Assembly (NCBI GenBank): GCA_034104065.1
Contig: JAXEEN010000021.1
Span: 383 to 64,382 of the forward strand
Source: Sutterella sp.
Lineage (GTDB): Bacteria > Pseudomonadota > Gammaproteobacteria > Burkholderiales > Burkholderiaceae_F
Direction of reading: 5' to 3'
Length of the DNA stretch: 64,000 bases
The notes beneath the pieces were generated by a model. It worked only from the letters and a program-made list of their open reading frames with translations, had not been told where the DNA came from and made no database searches. Positions 48,721-58,321 of the stretch are shown here, one piece after another. Every line of letters begins with the position of its first letter. The stretch's first letter is position 1. A program made the translations under genes and the position numbers.

Positions 48721-50343
48721 TTATTCGGGCGAATACATAAAGCTGCGGACGGCGGCTTCAATATCATCCGGACGTTCGTTGCCGGCAAGGCCGCTGTCGT
48801 ACGCATACTTCGCCACGGCGGCACCGATCTTCACGGACACTTCGCGCACGGCGGAAAGCGGCGGATAGAGCGAACCCTGAGCCAGATCTTCTTCGCTCAC
48901 CAGTTCGGCGAGTTCACGGGACGCGGCCAGGAACATGCCCGTCGGCATCCATTTGGCACGGGAGAAGACGGCGCCGAGGCCGAGACCGGGGAAGACATAG
49001 CTGTTGTTGCCCTGGCGGGGCACGAAGACGCGGCCCTGATACTTCACCGGCGCGAAAGGCGAACCTGAAGCAAAGAGCGCACGGCCTTCCGTTTCAAAGT
49101 ACGCCGTGACGGCATCGCATTCCGCACGGGAAGTCGGGTTGGAGAGCGCAAAGATGATCGGGCGCTCATTGATGGCTGCCATTTCGTGCAGAACTTCGGC
49201 ATTGAAGGCGCCCGGCTGGGCCGCCACGCCGATGATGCCGGTCGGGCGAATGGCCCTGACGGCCTCAATAAAGGTCTTGCAGTTGGGCAGATCGTGAGCA
49301 AACGGCACCTTGTTGTGCGCCAGCTTGTCGCCGCGCGTCGCGGTAACGAGGCCCTTGGAGTCGAACAGCGCGCAGTGCTTGAGCGCTTCAGCACGGTCCA
49401 TGCCTTCCTCGACCATGGCATCGGCGATCAGCTCGGCAATGCCCGTGGCAGCTTCGCCGGCGCCGAGGAACAGGAACTTCTGGTCGGCAAGCTTCTGACC
49501 GGTCACGCGCAGCGCGGAGTAAACACCGGTCACAGCCACGGCCGCCGTCCCCTGAATGTCGTCGTTGAAGCAGAGGACGCGCTCCTTGTAGCGTTCGAGC
49601 AGATCGAAGGCATGGTTGTTGCCGAAGTCTTCAAACTGAACGAGCACGTTCGGCCAGCGGCGGCGGGCTTCGGTAATGAACTCTTCAATCAGTTCGTCGT
49701 ACGCTTCGCCGCTGATGCGTTCGTGGCGCAGACCGAGGTAAAGCGGATCCGTCAGGTTGTCCTGATTGTTCGTACCGACGTCAATCGTGACCGGAAGCGT
49801 CTTTTCGGGCGCGATGCCGGCGCAGGCCGTGTACAGCGAAAGCTTGCCGCAGGGAATGCCCATGCCGTTGATGCCCTGGTCGCCGAGGCCGAGAATGCGC
49901 TGGCCGTCGGTGACGACGATCACGTCGACTTCTTCGTTCGGCGCATTGTTGATGATGTCGCGCACGCGGCCCTTTTCTTCGATCGAAATGAAGAGACCGC
50001 GGGGATAACGGTAGATGTGACTGAACTTCTGGCAGACTTCGCCCACCGTCGGCGTATAGACGATCGGCATGTAGTCGTCGATGTGGTTGATGAGCAGCGA
50101 GAAGTAGAGCGATTCATCGGTAGCATGGAGGCTGTCGAGAACCATGAACTTTTCAAGCGGCGTCGGGCAGCGGGCGATCATCGCACGCATGCGGGCGATC
50201 TGAGCATCGCGGGTCGAGACAACCGGCGGAAGCAGACCGCGCAGACCGTGACGGTCGCGTTCTTCTTCGGTGAAAGCGTCAGCGCGGTTGAGCTGAGGAT
50301 TACGCAGGAGCTCAGCTCCGCGAATTTGCTTGCAGTCAGTCAT
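48721..50343 (-). CDS. maeA: malic enzyme, large-subunit (SfcA/MaeA-type)
   Basis: GLRGLLPP, PIVYTPTVG, VTDGQRILGLGDQG, QFEDF, FNDDIQGT, GAGEAATG, FALSNPT, FASGSPF; AAGGA SD before ATG 50343. Confidence 0.93.
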   Translation of the reverse strand: MTDCKQIRGAELLRNPQLNRADAFTEEERDRHGLRGLLPPVVSTRDAQIARMRAMIARCPTPLEKFMVLDSLHATDESLYFSLLINHIDDYMPIVYTPTVGEVCQKFSHIYRYPRGLFISIEEKGRVRDIINNAPNEEVDVIVVTDGQRILGLGDQGINGMGIPCGKLSLYTACAGIAPEKTLPVTIDVGTNNQDNLTDPLYLGLRHERISGEAYDELIEEFITEARRRWPNVLVQFEDFGNNHAFDLLERYKERVLCFNDDIQGTAAVAVTGVYSALRVTGQKLADQKFLFLGAGEAATGIAELIADAMVEEGMDRAEALKHCALFDSKGLVTATRGDKLAHNKVPFAHDLPNCKTFIEAVRAIRPTGIIGVAAQPGAFNAEVLHEMAAINERPIIFALSNPTSRAECDAVTAYFETEGRALFASGSPFAPVKYQGRVFVPRQGNNSYVFPGLGLGAVFSRAKWMPTGMFLAASRELAELVSEEDLAQGSLYPPLSAVREVSVKIGAAVAKYAYDSGLAGNERPDDIEAAVRSFMYSPE

Positions 50344-50586
50344 AAATCCTTCTGTATAAAAAACTCCGCGGGGTACAAAATTGTCCGGGCAGTTATCAAG
50401 GTATTGGGACGGCATCGGCAGCGAATGCGCCCTGCCGTCATGAACTCGCATTCTAACAACTCTTATACCCGGTCAAGCTCTGCAAACCCTGAGACAAATG
50501 TCTGATACGAGCACGCAGATACACGGTATTTGACCGAAGTTCGAGTCAGATAGGGTAATTTTCCACCCTTCATAGATGGTAGCTAT

Positions 50587-50624
50587 AAAAAAACGGACGG
50601 CATTGCACTGCATCTGCCGTCCGT
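50587..50624 (-). terminator. terminator after cpoB
   Basis: Minus strand ACGGACGGCA..TGCCGTCCGT followed by T run. Confidence 0.8.
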
Positions 50625-50634
50625 GTCTTCCGAA

Positions 50635-51360
50635 TTACTTCAGCGCCCTGAGGCGATCCTTTGCCGTTTTCGACGCTTCCGAGTCGGGGAACTGCTTCAC
50701 AACTTTGTTGAGGGTGGCGGCAGCCGCCTTGACGTTGCCGAGCGCCGCCTGACAGGATGCCACGGAAATCATGGCATCGGGAACACGCGGATGGTTCGGA
50801 TACTGTCTGATCAGCTGATTCTGCACGTCAATCGCGGTCTTGTACTGTTCGAGAGCGAACAGACACGATCCGCGCCAGTACACTGCATCGGCACGGTAGG
50901 GAGACTGATCCCAGTCAGACGCAAAGCGCCTGAATTTGTCCTGAGCAGCCTTATAGTCTCCGTTCTTCAGCAGCTCAACAGCAGCCTCATAGGCGGCTTT
51001 TTCCTGCGGTTCCACCGTCACGGTTTCACCGTTGACGACCACGGTCTGCGGCTCGAAGCGGCCGAGACGCTGATCAAGCGTGCCGTACAGATCGCGGGTG
51101 CTGCGCTGCTCGCGTGCCAGCGCATTCGTGAGTTCCTCGACCTTGCCCGTCAGCATGCGGTTCTGCTGCTGCAGACTGTCAAGACGGCTCACGAAATTCA
51201 TCTGCGTATTCTTCAGCTGTTCCTCGAGCGCCCTCACCTGCGCACGCAGGTCGAGAATGGCGCGGCGGGCATCATCATCGGCAAACGCCATGGCGCCGCA
51301 GGCCGTGCAGGCGGTCACGGCCAGCACCGCGGCACGCAAAGCCGTCAGTCTGAGATTCAT
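50635..51360 (-). CDS. cpoB: cell division coordinator CpoB (YbgF)
   Basis: Signal peptide, FADDDARRAILDLR, coiled coil, TPRs (A.YW.G, P.A, FP.S.A); follows pal. Confidence 0.92.
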   Translation of the reverse strand: MNLRLTALRAAVLAVTACTACGAMAFADDDARRAILDLRAQVRALEEQLKNTQMNFVSRLDSLQQQNRMLTGKVEELTNALAREQRSTRDLYGTLDQRLGRFEPQTVVVNGETVTVEPQEKAAYEAAVELLKNGDYKAAQDKFRRFASDWDQSPYRADAVYWRGSCLFALEQYKTAIDVQNQLIRQYPNHPRVPDAMISVASCQAALGNVKAAAATLNKVVKQFPDSEASKTAKDRLRALK

Positions 51361-51427
51361 GAAAAGCTTTCCTCACAATGAAAGCCGGTTCGCCGAGACC
51401 GGCGAACCGTCGGCTGCGATGAGCAAA

Positions 51428-51952
51428 TTACTTCTTGGGAGCGGGATCGGCAGTCACTTCGGACGGATAGACAATATCCGCACGGCGGTTCTGGGCCCAG
51501 GCTTCCTCGCTGTGACCGGCGGCGATCGGCTTTTCCTTGCCGAAAGACACCGCTTCAATGCGGGCGGACGGCACGCCGAGCAGCTGCATGCGCTGCTTGA
51601 CCGCTTCGGATCGCTTCTGACCGAGAGCGAGGTTGTATTCGCGGCCGCCTCGTTCGTCGGTATTGCCCTGAATAACGATCTTTACCGTCGGATGATCCGC
51701 CAGCCACTTGGCATGGGCTTCGACATAGGGAATGTATTCCGGAGCGACATCATACGAGTCGAATGCAAAATACACCGAACGGCGGGAGAGAGGGCTCGAC
51801 GGATCCGTAAACGGATTTGCCGCCTGCTTCTGAGTCTGTTCGCCGGCAAGCGTACCCGACTTCGCGCCTTCGTCGAGGGACACGGAGGAGCATCCGCTCA
51901 GAAGAGCGGCCGCGGCAGCCGCAGCCGCCAGAACTTTCCAAGAAAATGTCAT
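51428..51952 (-). CDS. pal: peptidoglycan-associated lipoprotein
   Basis: Lipobox LSGC, VYFAFDS, GNTDERG.REYNLALGQKR, SFGKEKP, NRRA. Confidence 0.96.
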   Translation of the reverse strand: MTFSWKVLAAAAAAAALLSGCSSVSLDEGAKSGTLAGEQTQKQAANPFTDPSSPLSRRSVYFAFDSYDVAPEYIPYVEAHAKWLADHPTVKIVIQGNTDERGGREYNLALGQKRSEAVKQRMQLLGVPSARIEAVSFGKEKPIAAGHSEEAWAQNRRADIVYPSEVTADPAPKK

Positions 51953-52038
51953 GGGATTTCCTTTTCCGAATTACTGAGATCGTGTGAAACCGCTTCAGAT
52001 TCCTGCATCAGTCATGCGGGAGTCAGTCATTGTAACGC

Positions 52039-53337
52039 TTACTGAAGAATGGGACTCCAACTCGGCTCGCGGATATCTCCCTCGCCCGACAGTCGGGTCG
52101 AAAGACGTCCGTCGGCAGAAGCCGTTCCGAGAACGCCGCGTCCCTTTTCCTCGGTGGCATAAACCACGAAGCGGCCGTTGGGGGCAAAAGACGGCGATTC
52201 ATCGCGCTCGGTCGCCGTCACCAGCGTGCTCTGACCGGTTGCGAGGTCCATCACCGCCGTACGGAACTTGCCGTCGATGCGCGAGATATAGCTCAGATAC
52301 TTGCCGTCCGGGCTGATGTCGGGGCTGATCGCATAGCTCGAACCGAAAGTGACGCGCTCTGCGGAAGCGCCCGGCTGCAGCTTCTGACGATAAATCTGCG
52401 GAGAACCGCCGCGATCGCTTGTAAAGTACAGATATTCTCCGTCCCTGGAGAAAACGGGCTCGGTGTCGATGCCGTAGCTGTGGGTGAATCGGCGGAGTCC
52501 CGTTCCGTTGGCATTCATCGTGTAGATCTGGGTAAGCCCGTCGCGCGACAGCGCCACGGCGAGCATCGTGCCGTCGGCGTTGAAGGCAGGTGCCGAATTA
52601 TTGCCCTGGAATGCGGAAATGGCTCGGCGGGATCCCGTCGCAAGCTCCTGAACAAAAACGATCGGCTTTCTGCGCTCAAAGCTGACATAAGCGATGCGCT
52701 TTCCGTCGGGAGACCAGACGGGCGAAATGATCGGTTCGGGAGACTGCAGCGCAATGCGCGGATTGGCGCCGTCGCATTCCGTCACCACCAGCTGATACCG
52801 ATTTTTGGCCAGCTGGGCCACGTAGACCAGCTGAGAGGCAAACATCGGACCCTCACCCGTCAGGCGGGTATAAATGCGGTCGGCGAATCGGTGCGCCGTC
52901 ATGCGCAGCGTATCGGGCGTTGCCGTGTAGCTGGCCGAATCCACCAGCTCTCCCGAAACGGCGTCGTGCAGAAAATAACGGACGTCCCAGCGCCGATCCG
53001 CCAGTTTGTGGATGGATCCGACAACCAGCGCGTTGGCTCCCGCCTGCGCCCACTGTGTGAGACTTTCGGGCTTGGCGAGATTTTCCGGATCTCCCTCCGG
53101 CCCCGTCGGAATCAGACGGAATGCGCCCGAACGCTCAAGATCCTTTGAAATCACCGAGGCAACATCCGTCGGCGCCATCCCGGTGCCTTCGAACATTTTC
53201 ACTGCAATCGGCAGCTGATTTGCTCCCACGCCGATAATCGAAATCTGCAGTTCGGCCAGGGCCGGGGCGGAGGCAAGGACACCGGCGGCAGCGCCGGCGC
53301 ACAGAAGCCGGCGGCGGGTCGCGTTAAGTGTGGTCAC
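52039..53337 (-). CDS. tolB: Tol-Pal beta-propeller protein TolB
   Basis: DLERSG.F, AH..AD.IY..LTG, EPIISP.WSPDG, PD40 repeats, DESPSFAPNG; GTG start after AGGAG. Confidence 0.94.
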   Translation of the reverse strand: MTTLNATRRRLLCAGAAAGVLASAPALAELQISIIGVGANQLPIAVKMFEGTGMAPTDVASVISKDLERSGAFRLIPTGPEGDPENLAKPESLTQWAQAGANALVVGSIHKLADRRWDVRYFLHDAVSGELVDSASYTATPDTLRMTAHRFADRIYTRLTGEGPMFASQLVYVAQLAKNRYQLVVTECDGANPRIALQSPEPIISPVWSPDGKRIAYVSFERRKPIVFVQELATGSRRAISAFQGNNSAPAFNADGTMLAVALSRDGLTQIYTMNANGTGLRRFTHSYGIDTEPVFSRDGEYLYFTSDRGGSPQIYRQKLQPGASAERVTFGSSYAISPDISPDGKYLSYISRIDGKFRTAVMDLATGQSTLVTATERDESPSFAPNGRFVVYATEEKGRGVLGTASADGRLSTRLSGEGDIREPSWSPILQ

Positions 53338-53450
53338 GAAAAAACTCCTATCCTCTTGACGATGACGGCAGGGGTCCTCGCGGGAGCCCTGCCGGTATGC
53401 TTCGACTGTCTGAGGGAGAGGATGCCCCCGCATCCTCTCCCTGCCGCGGA

Positions 53451-55004
53451 TTAGTGACGGAAGTGGCGTTCGCCCGTAAAGACCATGGCGATGCCGCGTT
53501 CGTCTGCCGCAGCGATCACTTCGTCGTCACGGATCGAACCGCCCGGCTGGATGATGGCAGTCGCACCGGCATCCACCACGACATCGAGACCGTCGCGGAA
53601 CGGGAAGAAGGCGTCGGATGCGGCCACGGAACCCGTCAGCGTAAGGCCGGCTTCCTCGGCCTTGATCGCGGCGATTCGGGCGGAGTCGACGCGGCTCATC
53701 TGGCCGGCGCCCACGCCGAGCGTCATGCCGCCCTTGGCGTAGACGATGGTGTTCGACTTAACAAAGCGGGCGACGTTCCAGGCAAACATCAGGTCGGCAA
53801 TCTGGGCCGAAGTCGGCTGACGCTTCGTCACGCAGCGCAGTGCGCTTTCGTCGCAGAGCTGGCTGTCCGGCGTCTGAACGAGCAGACCGCCGCCGACGCG
53901 CTTCAGATCAAAGTCGTTGTGAGCGCGGCCGAGGGAAACGACGAGCAGACGAAGATTCTTCTTGCCGCCGAACACTTCCAGAGCGCCCTTGCTGAAGGAC
54001 GGCGCAATGATGACTTCGGCAAACTGCTGGGCAACGTGCTGAGCGCATTCGGGCGTCACTTCGCGGTTGAAGGCGATGATGCCGCCGAAAGCAGACTTGG
54101 AGTCGGTCTGGAAAGCCTTCGCATAGGCTTCGGCGGAATCGATGCCCACGGCCACGCCGCAGGGATTGGCATGCTTGATGATCACGCAGGCCGGCGCGGC
54201 GAAGGAACGCACGCACTCCCAGGCGGCGTCGCTGTCGGCGATGTTGTTGTAGGAAAGTTCCTTGCCCTGAAGCTGTTCGTAGCCGGCGAGAAGACCCGGA
54301 GCAACGGACATTTCGCGATAGAACGCCGCAGCCTGATGGGGATTTTCGCCGTAGCGCATGTCCTGAACCTTTTCCCACTGACGGGTAAGCACCTGCGGGA
54401 ACTGACCGCGCTTGTTGTCCGCGTCAAGGCTCGTCAGATAATTCGTAATCATGCCGTCGTAGCGGGCGGTATGCGCAAACACCTTCTTGGCAAGCGCAAG
54501 ACGGGTGGCGGGCGTAACGGCGCCTTCGGCCTTGATTTCGGCCAGCACGGAACCGTAATCGGCGGGATCAACAATCACGGCCACAGACTCATGATTCTTC
54601 GCCGCCGCACGGATCATCGTCGGACCGCCGATGTCGATGTTTTCAATGGCGTCCTCAAACGTGCAGTCGGGCTTGGCGATCGTCTGTTCGAACGGATAAA
54701 GATTCACGCAGACGATGTCGATCGGGTCAATGGCATGAGCCTCAAGCGCAGCCATGTGTTCCGCGACGGGACGACGGGCGAGAATGCCGGCATGAATCTT
54801 GGGATTGAGCGTCTTAACGCGACCGTCCAGCATCTCCGGGAAACCCGTATAGTCGGCGACTTCCTGGCAGGGCACGCCTTCCTTCATCAGCAGCTTGGCG
54901 GTACCTCCCGTGCTGAGAATGTGGTAGCCGAGCGCCGCGAGTTCGCGGGCGAAGTCAACCACGCCGGTTTTATCGGACACGCTGATAAGAGCCTGTTTGC
55001 GCAT
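53451..55004 (-). CDS. purH: bifunctional AICAR transformylase/IMP cyclohydrolase
   Basis: [51 protein letters not shown]. Confidence 0.97.
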   Translation of the reverse strand: MRKQALISVSDKTGVVDFARELAALGYHILSTGGTAKLLMKEGVPCQEVADYTGFPEMLDGRVKTLNPKIHAGILARRPVAEHMAALEAHAIDPIDIVCVNLYPFEQTIAKPDCTFEDAIENIDIGGPTMIRAAAKNHESVAVIVDPADYGSVLAEIKAEGAVTPATRLALAKKVFAHTARYDGMITNYLTSLDADNKRGQFPQVLTRQWEKVQDMRYGENPHQAAAFYREMSVAPGLLAGYEQLQGKELSYNNIADSDAAWECVRSFAAPACVIIKHANPCGVAVGIDSAEAYAKAFQTDSKSAFGGIIAFNREVTPECAQHVAQQFAEVIIAPSFSKGALEVFGGKKNLRLLVVSLGRAHNDFDLKRVGGGLLVQTPDSQLCDESALRCVTKRQPTSAQIADLMFAWNVARFVKSNTIVYAKGGMTLGVGAGQMSRVDSARIAAIKAEEAGLTLTGSVAASDAFFPFRDGLDVVVDAGATAIIQPGGSIRDDEVIAAADERGIAMVFTGERHFRH

Positions 55005-55027
55005 TGCTTTTTCCTCAAAGAATGAAC

Positions 55028-55300
55028 TCAGTGCAAAAGCCCGTGCTGTACGAGCTTTTTGCGCAGAGTATTTCGGTTAATACCAAGTAATTTCGCAGCC
55101 TCGCACTGATTGCGTCGGCACATGTTCATGGCGTACTCGAGAAGCGGCCGTTCAACGGCCGTCATCACCAGACTGTAAAGCGGATGCGGCTGCGAGCCGC
55201 CGAGCTGCTCGAAGTACTGGTCCAGCTGGCGGATGACGGCCGTCTCCAAATTGTCGGCGCCGTCCGGAGCCGGGACCGCCGTTCGGTTGTCATCTGTCAT
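55028..55300 (-). CDS. fis: Fis-family DNA-binding protein
   Basis: VERPLL...[18 protein letters not shown]; dusB-fis-purH order. Confidence 0.9.
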   Translation of the reverse strand: MTDDNRTAVPAPDGADNLETAVIRQLDQYFEQLGGSQPHPLYSLVMTAVERPLLEYAMNMCRRNQCEAAKLLGINRNTLRKKLVQHGLLH

Positions 55301-56304
55301 GCTGAACCTGCCCTGTCTGTGAATGCTGTGCTGCCGGCCTCTTCGTTTCGGGCGAGAAAACACTCGAGCCCGTCGGCGAGTTCGGCCGGATCCTTCCGGG
55401 TGATCATCGTCTTCAGCGCCGATTCCCCGCCCGGGATCCTCTTCAGATAATGGACCAGATGCTTGCGGAAAGTCACCGCTCCCCTGGCTTCGCCATAATA
55501 GTCAAAATGCCGCCTCATGTGCATCAGAATCACGCGCCGGCGTTCGGCGCTGTCCGGAGAAGGATGCTCGGGCGCGAATCCGAGGGCCGCGGAGACCTCT
55601 GAGAAAATCCACGGATTGCCGTAACTCGCGCGGCCGATCATCACGCCGTCGGCGCCCGTCTCCTTCATCACCTGCACGGCCTTGCCTGCCGAATCGATGT
55701 CCCCGTTGGCAATGACGGGCATCGACACGGCCGCCTTCACCCGCCGGATGGTGTCGTATTCAGCGACTCCGTGAAAACCGTCCTCGCGGGTTCTGCCGTG
55801 AACGGTCAGCATGGCGACGCCCGCATCCTCGGCAATGGACGCAATGCGAAGCGCATTGATATGGTCCTTATCCCAACCCGTACGGATTTTGAGCGTGACG
55901 GGCACCGTCACGGCCGCGCACACGGCCTCGAGGATCCGCGCCACGAGCAGCTCGTCCCTGAGCAGTGCGCTGCCGCAGGCGGTCTGCAAAACCTTCTTGG
56001 CCGGGCACCCCATATTGACGTCAACGATGTCGGCTCCCGAATCCACGGCATAGCGTGCCGCATCGGCCATGAGCACGGGATCGGCGCCCAGCAGCTGAAC
56101 GACGCGAAGACCCGATTCCTCTTCGCATGCCCAGCGCGTGGCGCTCTTGCGGCTTTCTCTGAATTCCGGCTTGCTCGTCGTCATTTCCCCTACGGCATAG
56201 CCTGCCCCGAGCGCACGGCAGACTTCCCTGAAGGGCAGATCCGACATGCCCGCCATGGGAGCGAGCATGACCGGTACATCAATGCTGTAAGGTCCGAGTT
56301 TCAC
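55297..56304 (-). CDS. dusB: tRNA dihydrouridine synthase B
   Basis: LAPMAG.SD.PFR, DVNMGCPAKKV, VTLKIRTGW, VHGRTR, PVIANGDI, GVMIGR; probable GTG start. Confidence 0.93.
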   Translation of the reverse strand: MKLGPYSIDVPVMLAPMAGMSDLPFREVCRALGAGYAVGEMTTSKPEFRESRKSATRWACEEESGLRVVQLLGADPVLMADAARYAVDSGADIVDVNMGCPAKKVLQTACGSALLRDELLVARILEAVCAAVTVPVTLKIRTGWDKDHINALRIASIAEDAGVAMLTVHGRTREDGFHGVAEYDTIRRVKAAVSMPVIANGDIDSAGKAVQVMKETGADGVMIGRASYGNPWIFSEVSAALGFAPEHPSPDSAERRRVILMHMRRHFDYYGEARGAVTFRKHLVHYLKRIPGGESALKTMITRKDPAELADGLECFLARNEEAGSTAFTDRAGSA

Positions 56305-56426
56305 GCGATTGAGAAGAGCGGAAAAAAATACGAAAGTCGGAGAAGTTCCGGGCGGCCGACGGCTCGAATGCATCTCCTTCCCATTGTAAGGCCTCAGGCG
56401 TGAAAAACCCGCCCAAAGCCCTGTTT

Positions 56427-57131
56427 TTAGGCGTTCCCGAGCAGCTCGCGGCTGCATGCCTCCAGCTCGCCGAGGTCGCCCACATTGCGCCAGTATCCGT
56501 TGAAAACCTCCCCGGAAACACGGCCTCGATCGGCCGCATGCCACAGCCAGGGGAAGAGACTGGCCCTGACCGGAGGAATCCCTTCAAAAAGACCCGCCCG
56601 GTAAACGCCGAAACTGGCAAAGGTATGCGTCTTCGGACAGCGCTTCACGCGTCCCTCGGCGTCAAGCGTCATGTCGCCCGAGGCATGATAGGCAGGATTG
56701 GGCACCAGGACGAGGTGCGCGTCGAGTCCTTCCTCCGCCAGTCTGCGCCCTCTGGCGGCCAGGCCGGCATAGTCATAATCGGTCACGATGTCCGAGGCTG
56801 CCGCGATGAACGCATCGTCGGCGCAGTCGCAGAGCATCGGGAGCGCTTTCGCGATCCCGCCCAGCGTCTCAAGCGCATCGGCAGCCTCCCGGCCCTCGAC
56901 CGAATAGCGAATCCGTACATCCCATCGGCGGCCGTCTCCGAGATGCTGCATGATCAGCGCCGAACCGTAGGCGACGTTCATCACGATCTCCCGGATTCCC
57001 GCCCGACGCAGCGCCAGGATCTGGCGCACGGCCAGCGGAATACCCGCCGCAGGCACCAGAGGCTTGGGCATGATCTGCGTCAGCGGCCGCATGCGTCGGC
57101 CTTCGCCCGCCGCAAGAAGAAGCGCCTTCAT
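56427..57131 (-). CDS. murU: N-acetylmuramate alpha-1-phosphate uridylyltransferase
   Basis: LAAGEGRRMRPLT...PKPL, ALETLGGI..ALP; paired with amgK. Confidence 0.85.
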   Translation of the reverse strand: MKALLLAAGEGRRMRPLTQIMPKPLVPAAGIPLAVRQILALRRAGIREIVMNVAYGSALIMQHLGDGRRWDVRIRYSVEGREAADALETLGGIAKALPMLCDCADDAFIAAASDIVTDYDYAGLAARGRRLAEEGLDAHLVLVPNPAYHASGDMTLDAEGRVKRCPKTHTFASFGVYRAGLFEGIPPVRASLFPWLWHAADRGRVSGEVFNGYWRNVGDLGELEACSRELLGNA

Positions 57132-57139
57132 ACGACGGC

Positions 57140-58171
57140 TCAGAACGTGTAGCCCACGCGCTCGTTGGAACCCTCCAGCTCATTGATCAGATGCAGGAGC
57201 GGGGAAAGCTGGATATAGCGCTGGGAAGTCTTGCGGACGTATTCGATAAAGCGCGGCGTGTCCGCCAGATAGCGGGGCTTGCCGTCCCGATAATTGAGCC
57301 GGGCAAAGATGCCGAGCACCTTCAGATGACGCTGCACGCCCATGAATTCCACGTCGCGGTAGAACGTGCCGAAATCCTGCGGAACGCGGATACCCGCCTT
57401 TCTCGCCTTCTCCCAATAGCGGATCGTGATGTCGAGCACGAACGTCTCTCCCCACGAAATGAACGCATCCCGAAGCAGCGAGGCGATGTCGTAGCTGACG
57501 GGGCCGTACAGCGCATCCTGGAAGTCCAGAATGCCGGGACCCTCCTGCGTCACCATGAGATTGCGGGGCATGAAGTCCCGGTGAACGAATACGCGGGCCT
57601 CCCGGCAATTGCTGTCGAGAATGGCGTCGACGGCCATCTTCCACCATCCCTTCTGCTGTTCGGTCCAGGTAACACCGCGGTGACGGCCGACATACCACTC
57701 GGGGAACAGATTGATTTCCCTCTCGAGCACCTCGCGGCTGTACTCGGGCAGCACGCCGGGTCGGGAAATCTTCTGCCACCGGACAAGCGCGTCCGTCGCC
57801 CTGTCCATCAGCTGCGGTGCGTTTTCCTCCGTGAGCACGTCCAGATACGTTTGGGCGCCCAAATCCTCAAGAAGCATGAAGCGGTGACCGACATCGGTTT
57901 CAAACACTTCGGGCGCATGAAGACCGGCTTCCTCCCGCATCAGCGCATCAATCTTCAAAAAGGCGGCGAAGCTTTCCGGCGTTTCCCCTTCGGCATCCAT
58001 CACGATGAAGGTTTTTCCGTCCGCAGCCTTCACGCGCCAGTACTGCCTGAAGCCGGCATCGGAGCTTGCCCTGACAAGCGTGCCGGGATCGAGTCCGTAG
58101 GCAGGAGCGACCGCCGCTATCCAGGACTGAAGCGAGGGTTTGACCGTATCGTTCGTTGTGCAGAGCGTCAT
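57140..58171 (-). CDS. amgK: anomeric MurNAc/GlcNAc kinase
   Basis: ASSDAGFRQY.R, LLEDLG, VHRDFMPRNLM, ILDFQDALYGP..YD..SLLRD, QRHLKVLGIFARL. Confidence 0.9.
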   Translation of the reverse strand: MTLCTTNDTVKPSLQSWIAAVAPAYGLDPGTLVRASSDAGFRQYWRVKAADGKTFIVMDAEGETPESFAAFLKIDALMREEAGLHAPEVFETDVGHRFMLLEDLGAQTYLDVLTEENAPQLMDRATDALVRWQKISRPGVLPEYSREVLEREINLFPEWYVGRHRGVTWTEQQKGWWKMAVDAILDSNCREARVFVHRDFMPRNLMVTQEGPGILDFQDALYGPVSYDIASLLRDAFISWGETFVLDITIRYWEKARKAGIRVPQDFGTFYRDVEFMGVQRHLKVLGIFARLNYRDGKPRYLADTPRFIEYVRKTSQRYIQLSPLLHLINELEGSNERVGYTF

Positions 58172-58321
58172 TTGGATGATCTTCCTATCTTTGACATGAA
58201 GGCGCCGCACGGTTTTTACATCGAGTCTGATGCCCCGGCAACGGTCGGCGCCTTATAATCTTTCAATTGTTTTGGCGTCATTCTATAGGCCTGATCTCAG
58301 GCTGTCACTTCCGTTCACTTC

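Noticed and set aside
56427-57131. MurU motif variants (ASD for NGD, WRNVG for WxDVG) as another pseudoenzyme
   Set aside because: The nucleotide-binding signature and first Asp are intact, Asn variants seem plausible in this group, and the gene stays paired with an intact amgK.
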